A stretch of 64,000 bases of DNA from Oikopleura dioica (taxonomy: Eukaryota > Animalia > Chordata), in contig OU015570.1 in the NCBI GenBank assembly GCA_907165135.1, positions 2,625,929 to 2,689,928 on the forward strand, written 5' to 3'. Under the pieces are notes generated by a model. That model was not told the DNA's origin, did not search any database, and saw only the letters and a program-made list of their open reading frames with translations. Below are positions 12,301 through 23,080 of this stretch, in pieces; within the stretch, counting starts at the first letter, position 1, and each line of letters opens with the position of its first letter. The translations under genes and the position numbers were made by a program.

Positions 12301-12762
12301 TTCCCAAGGTCAATCAAAATTCTGGAAGTGCAAAAATCTTGTCAAGTGTCTGTGTTAACTACACATAGCGACATTTGGAATAAAACAACAAGTTTGAAGG
12401 AGATATTTTGAACCGAAGGCAACATCTAAGTACAATCTAATGAGCATGTGACAAGATAAGCCTACGGAATGGACGGTTAATTCTGATCAAATATATTTTC
12501 CTTTTTCTGATATATATTTTTGACCCTGTTCTTTCATATTTTGATATCAGATTGAAAATAGAAGACTGTTTTATAGTGAATTTGAATTTTTGAAGTGTCT
12601 TCCCCCTGAAGAAGTCCCAACTTTTGAAAATTTCGACCTCACTGGCGACGATGATGTCGGATATGAGTGATTTTTGGCTAAGAGAGGTTTTTGATCATCG
12701 CAAATCAGATGGTGATACTTTCAGAGCGATTCGAGGGAAAAAAATTTTTTTTGCCGACCCTA
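9396..12762. mobile_element. Non-autonomous hAT-type transposon (3.37 kb) inserted between RNase H and integrase
   Basis: TIR TAGGGTCGGCAAAAAAAAATTT; 8-bp TSD GTGTAAGG at 9388-9395 and 12763-12770. Removing it restores DFFSRLPYT-LSSSLDEE. Confidence 0.95.
10587..11385. repeat. 57-bp GC-rich array (~9 direct plus ~2.5 inverted copies) inside the hAT element
   Basis: Unit aagccgacccgaaggggaggccaggcccgtttatacaattcagtctgagacggggcc; inverted copies at 11243-11385; flanked by ~120-bp aaccgc..ggttc repeats. Confidence 0.92.
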
Positions 12763-14746
12763 GTGTAAGGGAGTCTGGAGAAAAAATCTGCAGACGTCAT
12801 AATTGGGTCATTTTCAGGCTTATGGAGGATTCTAAACTCGAATTGCATCAAATAATTATGGACATTTGTCAACTTTATATCAAGTCTTGACTGTTGTTGT
12901 TCTCTGAACAAATAGATCAATGACTTGTGGTCAACATATGCATCGAATTCTGTACCAATAAGGTAGAATTCGAAGTGCTTGATTGGCAATCAATGATTGC
13001 CCATGTTAATGCGAAAAGTTCTTTTATTCTCATCGGTCTTTTGAGATCGGGTCCTTGAAGGGCCTTCGAAAAATAACCAATGATTTTTAATTCTTCATTT
13101 TGATACTGATATAGAGTTGCGCCAGCAGTCTTCCCTGAGCTTTCAGTCGTTAGTAGGAGTTTTGATCCCAATTGGAAATGCGCTAAGGTTGGTTCCTTAA
13201 GCAGTTCTTCGTTCATCTTTTGAAATGCCTCTTGGTGTTTGTCTGTCCAAACGTAGTCAACTTTGTGACTCGTCAAATTGTATAGAGGTGCTAGGATTGC
13301 AGAGCCAGATTTGACGAATTTTATGTTGAAATTCACCATACCAAGATATCTTTTTAGTTCATTTCTGTTTCTTGGTGGCTCAAGCTTTTTTATAACCTCT
13401 AAGTGTTTGTTTGTCGGCGAAATTCCGTTGGCTGATATTTTATGGCCTAGAAAGTCGGTTTCGCTCATACAGAGATTGCATTTCTTCGCAGACAAAAGAA
13501 GACCATAGTCGAAACAGGTTTTTAAAATAAACTCGAGTGTCTTAAGGTGGTCTTCAAAGGAAGAATCAATGCAAATCAAATCATCTAAATAAATTATAAT
13601 TGATGGATGAGTCATTATTTTGGCCATGACTCTCGAAAAGGCACTAGGGGCAGTCGCTGTACCGTAAAGCATTCTATTTGCCTGATAGTGTCTATTGTTG
13701 TGTGAGAACGCTAGCTTGTGGGCGTCCTCCTCGAGAATCCTAACTTGCCAATATCCTCTGTGAAAATCAACAGAGGAAATAAAACATGAAGATCCGGATG
13801 TCAGTTTGCTTCCGATGCGATTGAACACAGTCGTCATGTGTGGAAGGGGAAACCGGTCTTTCACAAGAAGTTTATTAAGTCCTCTCGCATCAAGTGAAAT
13901 TCTTATTGATTTGTCAGGTTTCTTAAGAATGATAAGCGGAATGTTATTAGAACTTTGAGTCTCACTTATAATTTTAAGTTCCTTCCAATTAGTAATTTCA
14001 TTTTGAACTTGTTCCCTAGAGCGAATAGGGATTGGGCGAGGAGGCTGATGAGTTGTCTCTGTCTCATCATGAAAAGGCAAACTAAATCTGAAACCAAATA
14101 GTTGCCCAAGATCTTTATCACCCATTGAAAAAGACAATCTGTATGTGAATACAAGACTTTTTAAGAGTTGTTGTTGATGAGTACTTGCATCGCCAAAGGA
14201 TCCAATAATTGGATGAAAATTAATTTTGAGAGCAGTTTGTTGTCGAGATGACTGAAATAACCTTAATGATTTTTGTTCATTATCAATTTCGACAATTGCT
14301 GAAATTTTGAATAACGAGCAAGAGAAGTCTGGTGTGGTTGTTTGGATTGTCTGATTATTAATGATTACATATGGCGATGATTCATCTATTGATATGTTTT
14401 TGAGCACATCAAGACCAAGAATAATGGGAACAGATAGGTTTTCAGTAACGAGTGGTCTTATTGTTAGTTTCAATTGTCCAGTATTAGATTTTGCGATCAT
14501 AACAATCTCTTTCCACAAAACTCGTGTGCAAATGGATTCATTATTTGCGCAAGTAAGTTTTATATTAGATTCAGCTGTTTTTGTTATAAATGGTAAGTCG
14601 GATCTTATACATGTTCTGGAACAGCCAGTGTCTAGCATGGCAGGGTAAACAAGATCATTAATGCTTACATTTATAAATCTGAGAGAAATAGGAGCTGAGG
14701 AAAAATTTGGACAAGAGAAAATTTGGTGGCTATCCTTCCCTAGAAG
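12763..14746 (-). pseudogene. pol: pol: aspartic protease, reverse transcriptase, RNase H (frameshifted)
   Basis: PAMLDTGCSRT (protease), SVDFHRGYWQ and YLDD (RT), LTTESS..ELFALTWAI..DHKSL..ADFFSR (RNase H); 14-bp insertion near 12981-12994. Confidence 0.95.
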
Positions 14747-16042
14747 TCAAAGGGATTTAACGTAGTCAACAACTCGTTTTGGAGGTGAGTCGGAGTGAAG
14801 GTATTTGCAAGGTTGGCCTCTTGGGCATTTCTGTCTCCTGACATAGGAAATGCAATGACCTTCCATTTTGGATTTGTCAAGAATTTGTCTCGGTCGCAAG
14901 TTGCGCTTTTCCGAGTCTCGTTTTTCTTGCTTTCTTTTCATATGTTCTTTCATAAGAGCACAAAGCTCGTCAATTTTATCGTTGCTTTCTGTCTTAACTT
15001 CAGCCATGAATAGTTTTTCTGACTTCGGCAAAGATCGTTCGAGCTCATGAGCTCGATCTGCAATCTTTTCGATTGACAGCATCGATTTTTCACGTAAGAG
15101 GAGCTCTTTCAGTCTTGGGTTCTGGCAATCGATGAATCTTTCAAGAATGATTTCCTCATCGGAAGGAGTGATGGTGGTTTTGTTGTAACCTTTCTTGAAG
15201 TATGCTTTTAAATTTGCCATACAGACTCCGAATGAATCTGCACCTCTTTGATACTTAGTAAACTCATGCTTGTAGAACTCTTTAGTTCGTCCCATTATGC
15301 TTATGAGTTTGCATTTGAATAAGCTCCAGTCATTCAGTTCTTTGTCATCAAGGCTCTCAATGATATTTGCACCTGCATCGCCACTCAGTAAATGAGAAAT
15401 AGCGGTCGTGATGAGCTTCGTTTTTGAGACATTTGAACAGGCTGAAAAAATTTCCATATTGCGCAGCCAAGTCTCAATAGGAACTGATGATTGGTATTTT
15501 GGTGCTTTGATTTTGTAATCAGAGCTTAAAGAGTCCTTTTTGTATTTCGGTTCAGCAAAGCGGACTTTCTTGTCTTCTCTTGGCTTGCTTTCCAGTTTGG
15601 GAGTCTCTTCTTTTGGTTTATTCTCAGTTTCTGTTTTAGGACTTTGTGGAGGTCTAATTGTCTCATCAAGGTTATCATCTTCATTGTCACTTTCACTCGG
15701 GAAAAAATGAGTTGCAAGAAGCTCGTTCATGCTCTTTGCTGAGACAAGTGCATAGATCTCATGCGGTTTTATTTTGAAACGATCCTGCGCAACTTTTTGT
15801 TCGCAGATTTCCGCATAGTCCTTATGATATTTTATATCCCCGATGTCACTTTTCTTGAAACAGTATAGTTTTTCGCTGATTTTCAGAAAATCTTTGTCAA
15901 GTGACAGGATATTTAAGATAAGTGATGCCTTGTCCGTTGTCGGATGCTCAGTTGGGTAAGTACGACCAGGAAGTGAGTCGTAAATACACAAAAGCTCCTT
16001 TTTGGAGAGATCTAATGTCGATTTTGAATAAAAAGTCGACAT
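14747..16042 (-). CDS. gag: Gag-like protein (431 aa) with a C-terminal CCCH zinc finger
   Basis: Located after the PBS and in frame with pol; capsid-like helical region; C-x8-C-x5-C-x3-H at aa 397-416. Confidence 0.88.
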   Translation of the reverse strand: MSTFYSKSTLDLSKKELLCIYDSLPGRTYPTEHPTTDKASLILNILSLDKDFLKISEKLYCFKKSDIGDIKYHKDYAEICEQKVAQDRFKIKPHEIYALVSAKSMNELLATHFFPSESDNEDDNLDETIRPPQSPKTETENKPKEETPKLESKPREDKKVRFAEPKYKKDSLSSDYKIKAPKYQSSVPIETWLRNMEIFSACSNVSKTKLITTAISHLLSGDAGANIIESLDDKELNDWSLFKCKLISIMGRTKEFYKHEFTKYQRGADSFGVCMANLKAYFKKGYNKTTITPSDEEIILERFIDCQNPRLKELLLREKSMLSIEKIADRAHELERSLPKSEKLFMAEVKTESNDKIDELCALMKEHMKRKQEKRDSEKRNLRPRQILDKSKMEGHCISYVRRQKCPRGQPCKYLHSDSPPKRVVDYVKSL

Positions 16043-16490
16043 ATTCTAGGGCCTAGCTAAAAAAGAAAAGTGTTAGTAAACTGCTTATGCTGTTGCTTAT
16101 GCTAACTGCTAATGCGTCAACAAAACCTTCTCCAGGTATTACAGGGGAATGTGAACGTTGTCACAGGGAATCGCCTATACGCTAGGCTGCGTTCGGGTAG
16201 TTTTTCGTCTATACGCCGTAGACAGATCTTTTTATTCCCCGCTAGGTCGAAAAAAACCCTTACGCCGAGAATCGAATCAAAAAAGATTCTTAAAGAGTCC
16301 GATATAGATCAGGGCAGACCTTGACAGAGTCACTCCAGGGTGAGGACAACGCAAGTTTTGTGTTAGCTACCGTGTCCAATCTATTATCGTGGAACCGATA
16401 ACTTCACTCACCGAATAGACTGTACTAAGTACAATGATTCAGTCTCGTGAAGAAAGTCAAATTCCTGCTCTGGTTTTTTATACTTGGGTC

Positions 16491-16985
16491 CAGGGCTGGA
16501 TATTTTGAAATCAACAAAAATCTCAAACCCCGAAAATAACATGAATCATCATCTCATCCATTTCAAAAATGCAATCTCAGAAAATTTTCTGTCTGAGATC
16601 TCAATTTTCGATTTTGCAAAAAAATGATATTTGAAATGCTGAGATCTCAATTATCTCAGAAAACTGCACGAGTTGTATACGCGCGTTGCAATGAAATGAA
16701 ATTTGAAATTCTGAGATCTCAAGCATTTCAGGTCCATCTGAACCAATCACAAGTCTTGCTCTAAGCCCGCGACGTTTGTCCGCGGCCCTTGCGCGGTTTG
16801 CAAAATTTTGAGATTTGAGATCTTGAGATCTCAGCCATCTCAAGAACGGAAAAAATTATCACGAGGGTGTTGCAATAATTTGAGATTTGAAATTTGTTGA
16901 GATGGTGCAAAATTTTGAGATAGAAATGAGATTTCACACTAAAATTGATTTGAAATTTTTGCTGATTTCAAAATATCCAGCCCTG
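16491..16985. mobile_element. hAT MITE (495 bp) in the gypsy 5' leader
   Basis: ~38-bp TIR CAGGGCTGGATATTTTGAAATCA; 8-bp TSD CTTGGGTC at 16483-16490 and 16986-16993. Confidence 0.95.
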
Positions 16986-17188
16986 CTTGGGTCTATGCGT
17001 GTACGACTAAATAGACAATACACTGCGACTACAAGATTCAAGATTCAAAACAGCTCTACTAAAGCGCAGAACTGAGTTCGTAAGTACCCCCGAGAGAGTA
17101 CTTGTTACCACTGATTTCTCAGCAGCCAATAAGGTTTGGAAGAACCGCGCCTTATTATGGGAGCTAAAAGTAGAAAAATATACCGTTT

Positions 17189-17201
17189 GGTTCAGTCACC
17201 A
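17189..17201 (-). other. Primer-binding site, probably tRNA-Trp
   Basis: Minus strand TGGTGACTGAACC, 3 nt after the 5' LTR. TGGTGAC is complementary to the 3' end of eukaryotic tRNA-Trp. Confidence 0.7.
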
Positions 17202-17204
17202 ATT

Positions 17205-18115
17205 TGTAGAGGTTTTGCTACTGCAAGTTCCCGGTTGGTTGCTGGTAAATGCTGGTTGGTTGCTGCTAGTTGCTGGTTGGTTGCTGCTAGTTGCTGGTTG
17301 TTGCTGGTTGTTGTTGCTGGATAAAAAGAGAAGTTTTTGTTGTTTTGTTGGTTCTGGTTAGAATGATTTTATTGTGGCAGAAGTCGCCTTTATATACAGT
17401 GAAAAGGGAAAATAAGAATGTTCGAGAAGCTTCTTAGAACAGTAATAGAATATTCAAGTAGCTTCTTAGACAGTAGAAGAACAATCGTGTATATTCTCCA
17501 AGGTGCTGTAATTGGTGAGTCAATGTGACTCATGCTGGATGGAATGTTCTAGCGGCTTATGCCAGGTGATGTAATGATGACTCATATCCAGGGTTGTCTC
17601 CCGCACGAGAGTCACCCGTAAAGTTGTCTCCCACACATCAAGGTAACCATTTATGACTCAATGCGTTGGAATGCAAGGTTTAGTGCTCACCATAGATGGC
17701 GCTGTTGTGTGGCCACTAGAGGGCAGTAGAGAGCTATACCTGAGTGTCCACTAGGTGGCACTAGAGAGCTGACACCAGGTGGGGCGCGAGAGCCAACACT
17801 AGATGGGGCGCGAGAGCCCTCGCTAGGTGGCGCTGTATTAAGTGAGCACTTACTCCGTAACGCTCTTGAGAGGTCTTGCGGTTGATCAGACCTTATAGAA
17901 GTGATCTGGAGGTGAACCGGAAGTGAACCGGAAGTGACCGGAAGTGAACCGGAAGTAATCGGAACATTACCGGAAGTGACCGGAAGTTATCGGAAGTCAC
18001 CGGAAGTGATCTGTATTGGTTCCCTGAGGTGCTAGGATGATTATGTAATGCGAAAAATAGGCTCCTGAGATTGTAAATAGCGTATTTGGGAGCATACAGT
18101 AGGAAAACCACTACA
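17205..18115 (-). repeat. 5' LTR (911 bp)
   Basis: Same length and sequence as 5883-6793; followed on the minus strand by the PBS. Confidence 0.97.
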
Positions 18116-18629
18116 ACAACTCGTTAATTTTCTTCAATTTCAACGAAAAGATCATTTTGGAACCCTAGAAAACAGAAAAGAAGACAGCGCTGGATACACA
18201 CTTGCCGGTCGATACATTTCAGAATATGTCACAGACCCAGAGTTTGTCAAAGACTCTGAAAAAGTCACTGGCTCCAGAGCTTACCATCTTGTGAAGCTTC
18301 TCAAAGACGAAAACAATCAATGGGATGAACGCAAGCTTCTTTTCAAAAAAAAGACCGACTGTCGATGTTTGTTCCAGGATATTAAAAAAGAAAGAAGAGA
18401 AGAACCCATGTCCAACATGTAAACTCAACGCGTCCCTTCATTAGATACACCACGACCTTCAATAATTTATATTTTGTTCAAGTTTTATTTTCACTGAAAA
18501 AACACTACCTCTTTTATCTTCGCAAATCGAAGAATAACTCGTTATTTAGTAAAATTGACAGTTCAATACATCCCTTTCTGCCAAATTAAGATAAAAATCG
18601 CATCAGTTATTTAAATATTTTGATTTTAA

Positions 18630-19333
18630 GGGTAGGGTCCCCGTACAGGCCCAAAGCAGCGAGACTCTCCTCCAAACCTATCAATGCTAGGAAGGCGTGT
18701 AATGGCTCAAATGAAAGTTCAATCTTAGATCTTCTGATTGACACGAGCTTTTTTCGGAAATCCAAGAGAAAAGTCACGTGCGGTTCGCTCAAAGTTGTCG
18801 TCTAAGCGAAAAATCGCGAAAATACCCAATATTCAGTGCGACTCTCCTCCAAAGTGAGCAAATTGCTTATGAAAATTGCATTATGAAAACCCCCTCGATT
18901 CTTCTGTAGGGTAAAGTTTGGACCCTAATCTTAAAAATGACACGAGCTTTTTTCAATTGGTCAAAATTTTCTATGTTAAAAATTTTAAAGTACGAAGGTA
19001 CCCATTTTCCGTCCCTTAGGCTCCGTGAATTGCCTTGCGGGCATAGCCCAAAAGGCGCCGTTCTTATCGCAAATAGATGTCCTGAACGTGGGCTTTCCAA
19101 AAAGGTATCAGATGACACCCTAACATAACGACCGAAAATTGTAAAAATTTTAAAATTTCCGCTTTTTAGTCAAAATGCACTAATTTTCGCCATTTTCAAT
19201 TGCAATTTGTGCGAAAATGGGTTGAGATAGAGAATATACTCATATGGAGTTTTCTGCTCAGAATTTAATGGAGATTCAGAAAAAGTGGTCAAAAACCGAT
19301 TCTGAGACTTGACCCTGTACGGGGACCCTACCC
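18630..19333. mobile_element. TTAA-target MITE (Kolobok-like GG..CC termini), 704 bp
   Basis: 20-bp TIR GGGTAGGGTCCCCGTACAGG, flanked by TTAA at 18626-18629 and 19334-19337. Confidence 0.9.
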
Positions 19334-19760
19334 TTAAGATGTAGGTCTTCAAAGAAGGGCCTAAAAATGGGTTGGCCAAATGGGCCACCGACTAAAAAGC
19401 GTCTTTCCGCTGGAAAGCGCTTGTCACAGCGTCCAAAGAAGGTAGGATTTTTTATTCTTCAAAAATGATTCAATTTGCCCTCAAAACCGATAATTTTGTT
19501 CTTAACCGGTTTTTAAACCGGCAACTACCGGACAAAGTACGTTGGATTGAACTTGAATTGATTTCAATTCAATTTTGGGAGAATAATTTTCTTATAAAAC
19601 CGATAAAAAACCGATAAAAGTCCGAAATTCGAAAATCGGGCTCGATAAAAGAAAAGATCAGCTCAAGACGATTCTAAAAAGGTATGATACATCACAGGTC
19701 TAATGGAAACTTTTCCCGGAAAACGAAAAGCAAATCTGGCACATTAAATTGAAACTCCAC

Positions 19761-20071
19761 CTAAGTTCCTGCTAAGTAAGCATACTACTTTTGGTTTTGA
19801 CGTAAAAAAGTGTTTATTTGTGATTCTGGGGCAAGGCCAGAATGAGGGAAAATGGGCATGGTCAGGCACTTTTATAGGAGCGCTCGCTCACAAGTCTCAC
19901 TTCGAGTTCGACTTTATTTCTAAGCTGCAGTTCCGAGTTGAGTGATGAGCTCGCGCTTCGCAGTTGGTGCTCGCGCTCACCCCTCAGCTTCGGATTCTGT
20001 GAGCTTGGCTCGACTCGAGCCGCTCGAGACTGGACTTTCGTTTTAGTAATCATAAGTTATGGACCATAACA
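19761..20071 (-). mobile_element. Solo or partial LTR of the family at 4060
   Basis: About 300 bp of high identity to 4060-4357 in inverted orientation; no PPT in front; TSD not found. Confidence 0.75.
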
Positions 20072-20403
20072 CAAGTTCGATTTTCTTCATTTCTGGCGAA
20101 GTTTCCCGAGAAAATCTTGAGAGGGGAGGGGGGTGAAGATTTTTGTTTATTCAAGTTGACTATCAACATTTGCTTTTCAAAATTTTTTTATTGGCAAAAA
20201 AGACATTTAAACCCATTTCGGCATTTAAACTCATCAAGAAATTTAAACCACTTTTGAATCAAAAATTTTTGACATTTAAACCCGTTGACCATTTAAACCC
20301 AAACTTATTAATTGCGTTTAAATGTCTTATGGGTTTAAATGTCTAATGGGTATAAATGTCCCCCACTCCTCTTCGCGCGCCAGGTGCAAGCTAGGGAGGG
20401 GTA

Positions 20404-21241
20404 GTCCGCATTGCCAAGGATCCAATATGGTCCATATTCACGGCAGGTGAAGGCGCCAAGCCGAGGCAGGGAGATGCAACGTGACCACCGCCATGTGCTA
20501 ACTCCCGCAGAGGCAGCACCTCGGCCCAACTCGACGGGTGTGAGGCCACTCAGCATGTGATGGCTGAGCTGATGTGCAAACATAATGAGCGAGTTGAGCT
20601 CATTAATCAGATCAAGCTCAACCCCCGGATGAGCTGCAAATTTGGAGATATGGAGGAAAAAAAAATTGAATTTTCTGAAAGTTTCCCCAGTAGGGTTTTT
20701 TGATGCGAGGAATCCGAATCTGAAGTCAAAAAAGACTTTTAATGTCTAGTTTTCACAGGGCAGTAATGTTCGCGAAATTTCCTGCCCAAAGTAAAAAAGC
20801 CCTCCAGGATCCAGAAAATACCTTCACGGGCAGGAAATTTCGCTAAAATTCCTGCCCGATGGAAGAATGCCCATCAAAATCCAATTAATACCTTCACGGG
20901 CAGTAATTCTCGCGAAATTTCCTGCCCTTATAAAGGTATTTCCTAGATCCTGAGTGGCTTTTCTCTTTTGGGCAGGAAATCTCGCTAAGATTACTGCCCT
21001 TTGATAGATTGATACTTTGATCTCTTATCTTAATAACTTTCTATTGATGATTACAGACAGTCGCTTCAAATTACTTCCGCTAAAAGACAGATGGTTCAGC
21101 TGTCTGCCTCTTATAAAATCTATTCTTCTTTTTGATTTCTTCAAAAATTTTCAAAAATGTCTCAATATCAACGACTTATGGATTTACTTCCTGACGACCT
21201 GCCGTGAATATGGACCATATTGGATCCTTGGCAATGCGGAC
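20404..21241. mobile_element. Segment bounded by a perfect ~44-bp inverted repeat, with an internal palindrome array
   Basis: gtccgcattgccaaggatccaatatggtccatattcacggcagg at 20404-20447 and its reverse complement at 21198-21241; no TSD seen. Confidence 0.6.
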
Positions 21242-21555
21242 CCAGCCGCTAGGGACCGAACGCAAATCGGGGGTCAAAATTTTAAAATTGCTTGAAATGA
21301 AAATTCACAATAGTAAATTGACTACGATTTTTTATCATTTTCCCCAAAAAATCGAAAGATAAAAAAATACTATTTCTAAAAATGAAAAATTTGTATAGGT
21401 TTGCAGGGGTCCCTGGGTGCGCAAGCCTTTTAAAGGTTTCAAGAGCGAAAATGACTCATCATCATGGCGCGAGAAAAAATAACGAGACGGCGAGTATCGA
21501 TCCCGGAGCGCCAGCATGCCGGTTCATGACGCTACCAATGCGCCATAGATATCGT

Positions 21556-22444
21556 TAGGGTCCGGCATGATTAGGACCAAAAATTTAATTTCAATGAAAC
21601 TTCAGGATTCCACTAATTCGACCCTAAGGAATTCAATTCCGTTCACTGATTCTCCCAAAAAACCCCCATTCAGCCCTTTTCAGGGCTTTAATGAAATTTT
21701 AAACGGAGAGCCAAGTGCGCTCTGATTGGTCAGCTCCGCCGAGCGATTTTAATTACTGCCCGAATGATTCCCTTGGTGGCTCAAATGTTAGCGCTCTCGC
21801 TTGACAAGCAAGAGGTGGTGAGATCGAGTCACCTAAAATCAAATTTTTTTTCAGCGAATTTTCCTTCAATGAGAAGACCATTAAATGCACAGACACATTT
21901 GTTTGAGCAGAAATACAAGTTATTGAATAAATTTCGTTATTTGAAAAAAAACTTAATTGAAAGTTTTGTACTTACTGGACTTCAGTCACGTGTCATCTTC
22001 GGAAATTTCATCCTTTTCCGGGCGAATACAGTACCCTCACCTAAGTTTAAGTGAGCGTGCTCCAGTTTTCTTTCGAGAGCAAGCTTGGAAAGCGTCCTCC
22101 GTGTCAGCCAATCAGAGCGCCCCGCTCTTTTCCCAGGAAAATCAAAATAAAGAGTAGGACTTTAAAATCAATTCACAAAAAAAGTCCAGTGAGTTAGAAG
22201 AAGCTAAAAAAGCAAAAATTATTATTTTTTTATAGTCTTTCTAAAATGACTAGGCCTGGATTTGTGAGCGACCTAGAACTCCAAAAAACCGAGAGAAATC
22301 GGCGATTTAGAAGATCTACCGGGCTTTAAGCGCCGGCATATTTTTCGCCGTATTCGAAAACCTAGGTAATCTTATGATATTATTGGGTTTTGTTGTTTAT
22401 TTTGCCCTTTGAAAAATTGAGTCCTCCGATCGTGCCGGACCCTA
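21556..22444. mobile_element. hAT MITE (889 bp)
   Basis: TIR TAGGGTCCGGCA(T/C)GAT; 8-bp TSD GATATCGT at 21548-21555 and 22445-22452. Confidence 0.93.
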
Positions 22445-22604
22445 GATATCGTTCTGGGGCCTGAGAAACCTTATTGATAAACTAATATGGGAGTCTCTTT
22501 GTTACTCGATAAATCCCTGGTACTTCCGAGTCAGTAACTCGATGGTACGATTTGATCGGTAAAATGACGGCACCCCTGTAAACCTAAGCCGGCAAGGGTG
22601 CATC

Positions 22605-22900
22605 CAGGGATGTGGATCCGCAGCGCAAAATCCGCAAAACAGCGCAAAATGCGGGATTTTTCATTCTGCAGCGCAAAACAGCGCAAAATTAGTCCCAAAA
22701 ATTTCCGCAATTTTTCCGCAAAATTGCGCGCAAAAGCGCATTTTGCGCGAAAATTCCACAAAATCTCAATACATTTGCAGTCCGCAAAATGCAATTTTGC
22801 GGGATTTAGCGGAGAATTTCTACATTTTTTTGATGTTAATTGTGAAGATTTCCGAATCCTCATTCATCATCGCATTCACAACTTCGGCGATAATTTGCGG
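22605..22900. repeat. Truncated CAGGG-start MITE rich in gcgcaaaa/ccgcaaaa motifs
   Basis: Repeated short motifs in both orientations; only one candidate terminus is visible. Confidence 0.5.
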
Positions 22901-23080
22901 AAAAAGTCAATTTATTTGGTCAGTGGCTAATTTGGAAAAATAGCTGCTCGTGGACTAGTGACAGCCGGTTATATAGTGAGCTCAAGTGCTCTTGAAAAGC
23001 GCCGCGCCCAGCTCGGGCGACTTCCTTCAAGTGCCAACTTGATTCATCGGGAAAATAAAGACAGTAAATCCCTATACTAT

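Larger units (their letters stand above)
5883..18115 (-). mobile_element. Full-length Ty3/gypsy (Tor-like) LTR retrotransposon, inactivated, with nested insertions
   Basis: Two 911-bp LTRs (TGTAG...CTACA), 4-bp TSD ACAA at 5879-5882 and 18116-18119, PBS, PPT, and gag-PR-RT-RH-IN order on the minus strand. Confidence 0.97.

Noticed and set aside
4060-20071. The two inverted ~300-bp copies as TIRs of one 16-kb element
   Set aside because: One copy has a PPT, both have LTR promoter/polyA features, and there is no TSD; interpreted as independent LTR copies.
20758-20999. CRISPR-like array (30-bp palindromic repeats, ~40-bp spacers)
   Set aside because: The spacers share sequence (aataccttcac), the last unit is inverted, there are no cas genes and the context is eukaryotic; it is a TE-internal repeat.
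22531-22943. Overlapping 110-aa ORFs
   Set aside because: Produced by gcgcaaaa motif repeats of a MITE.
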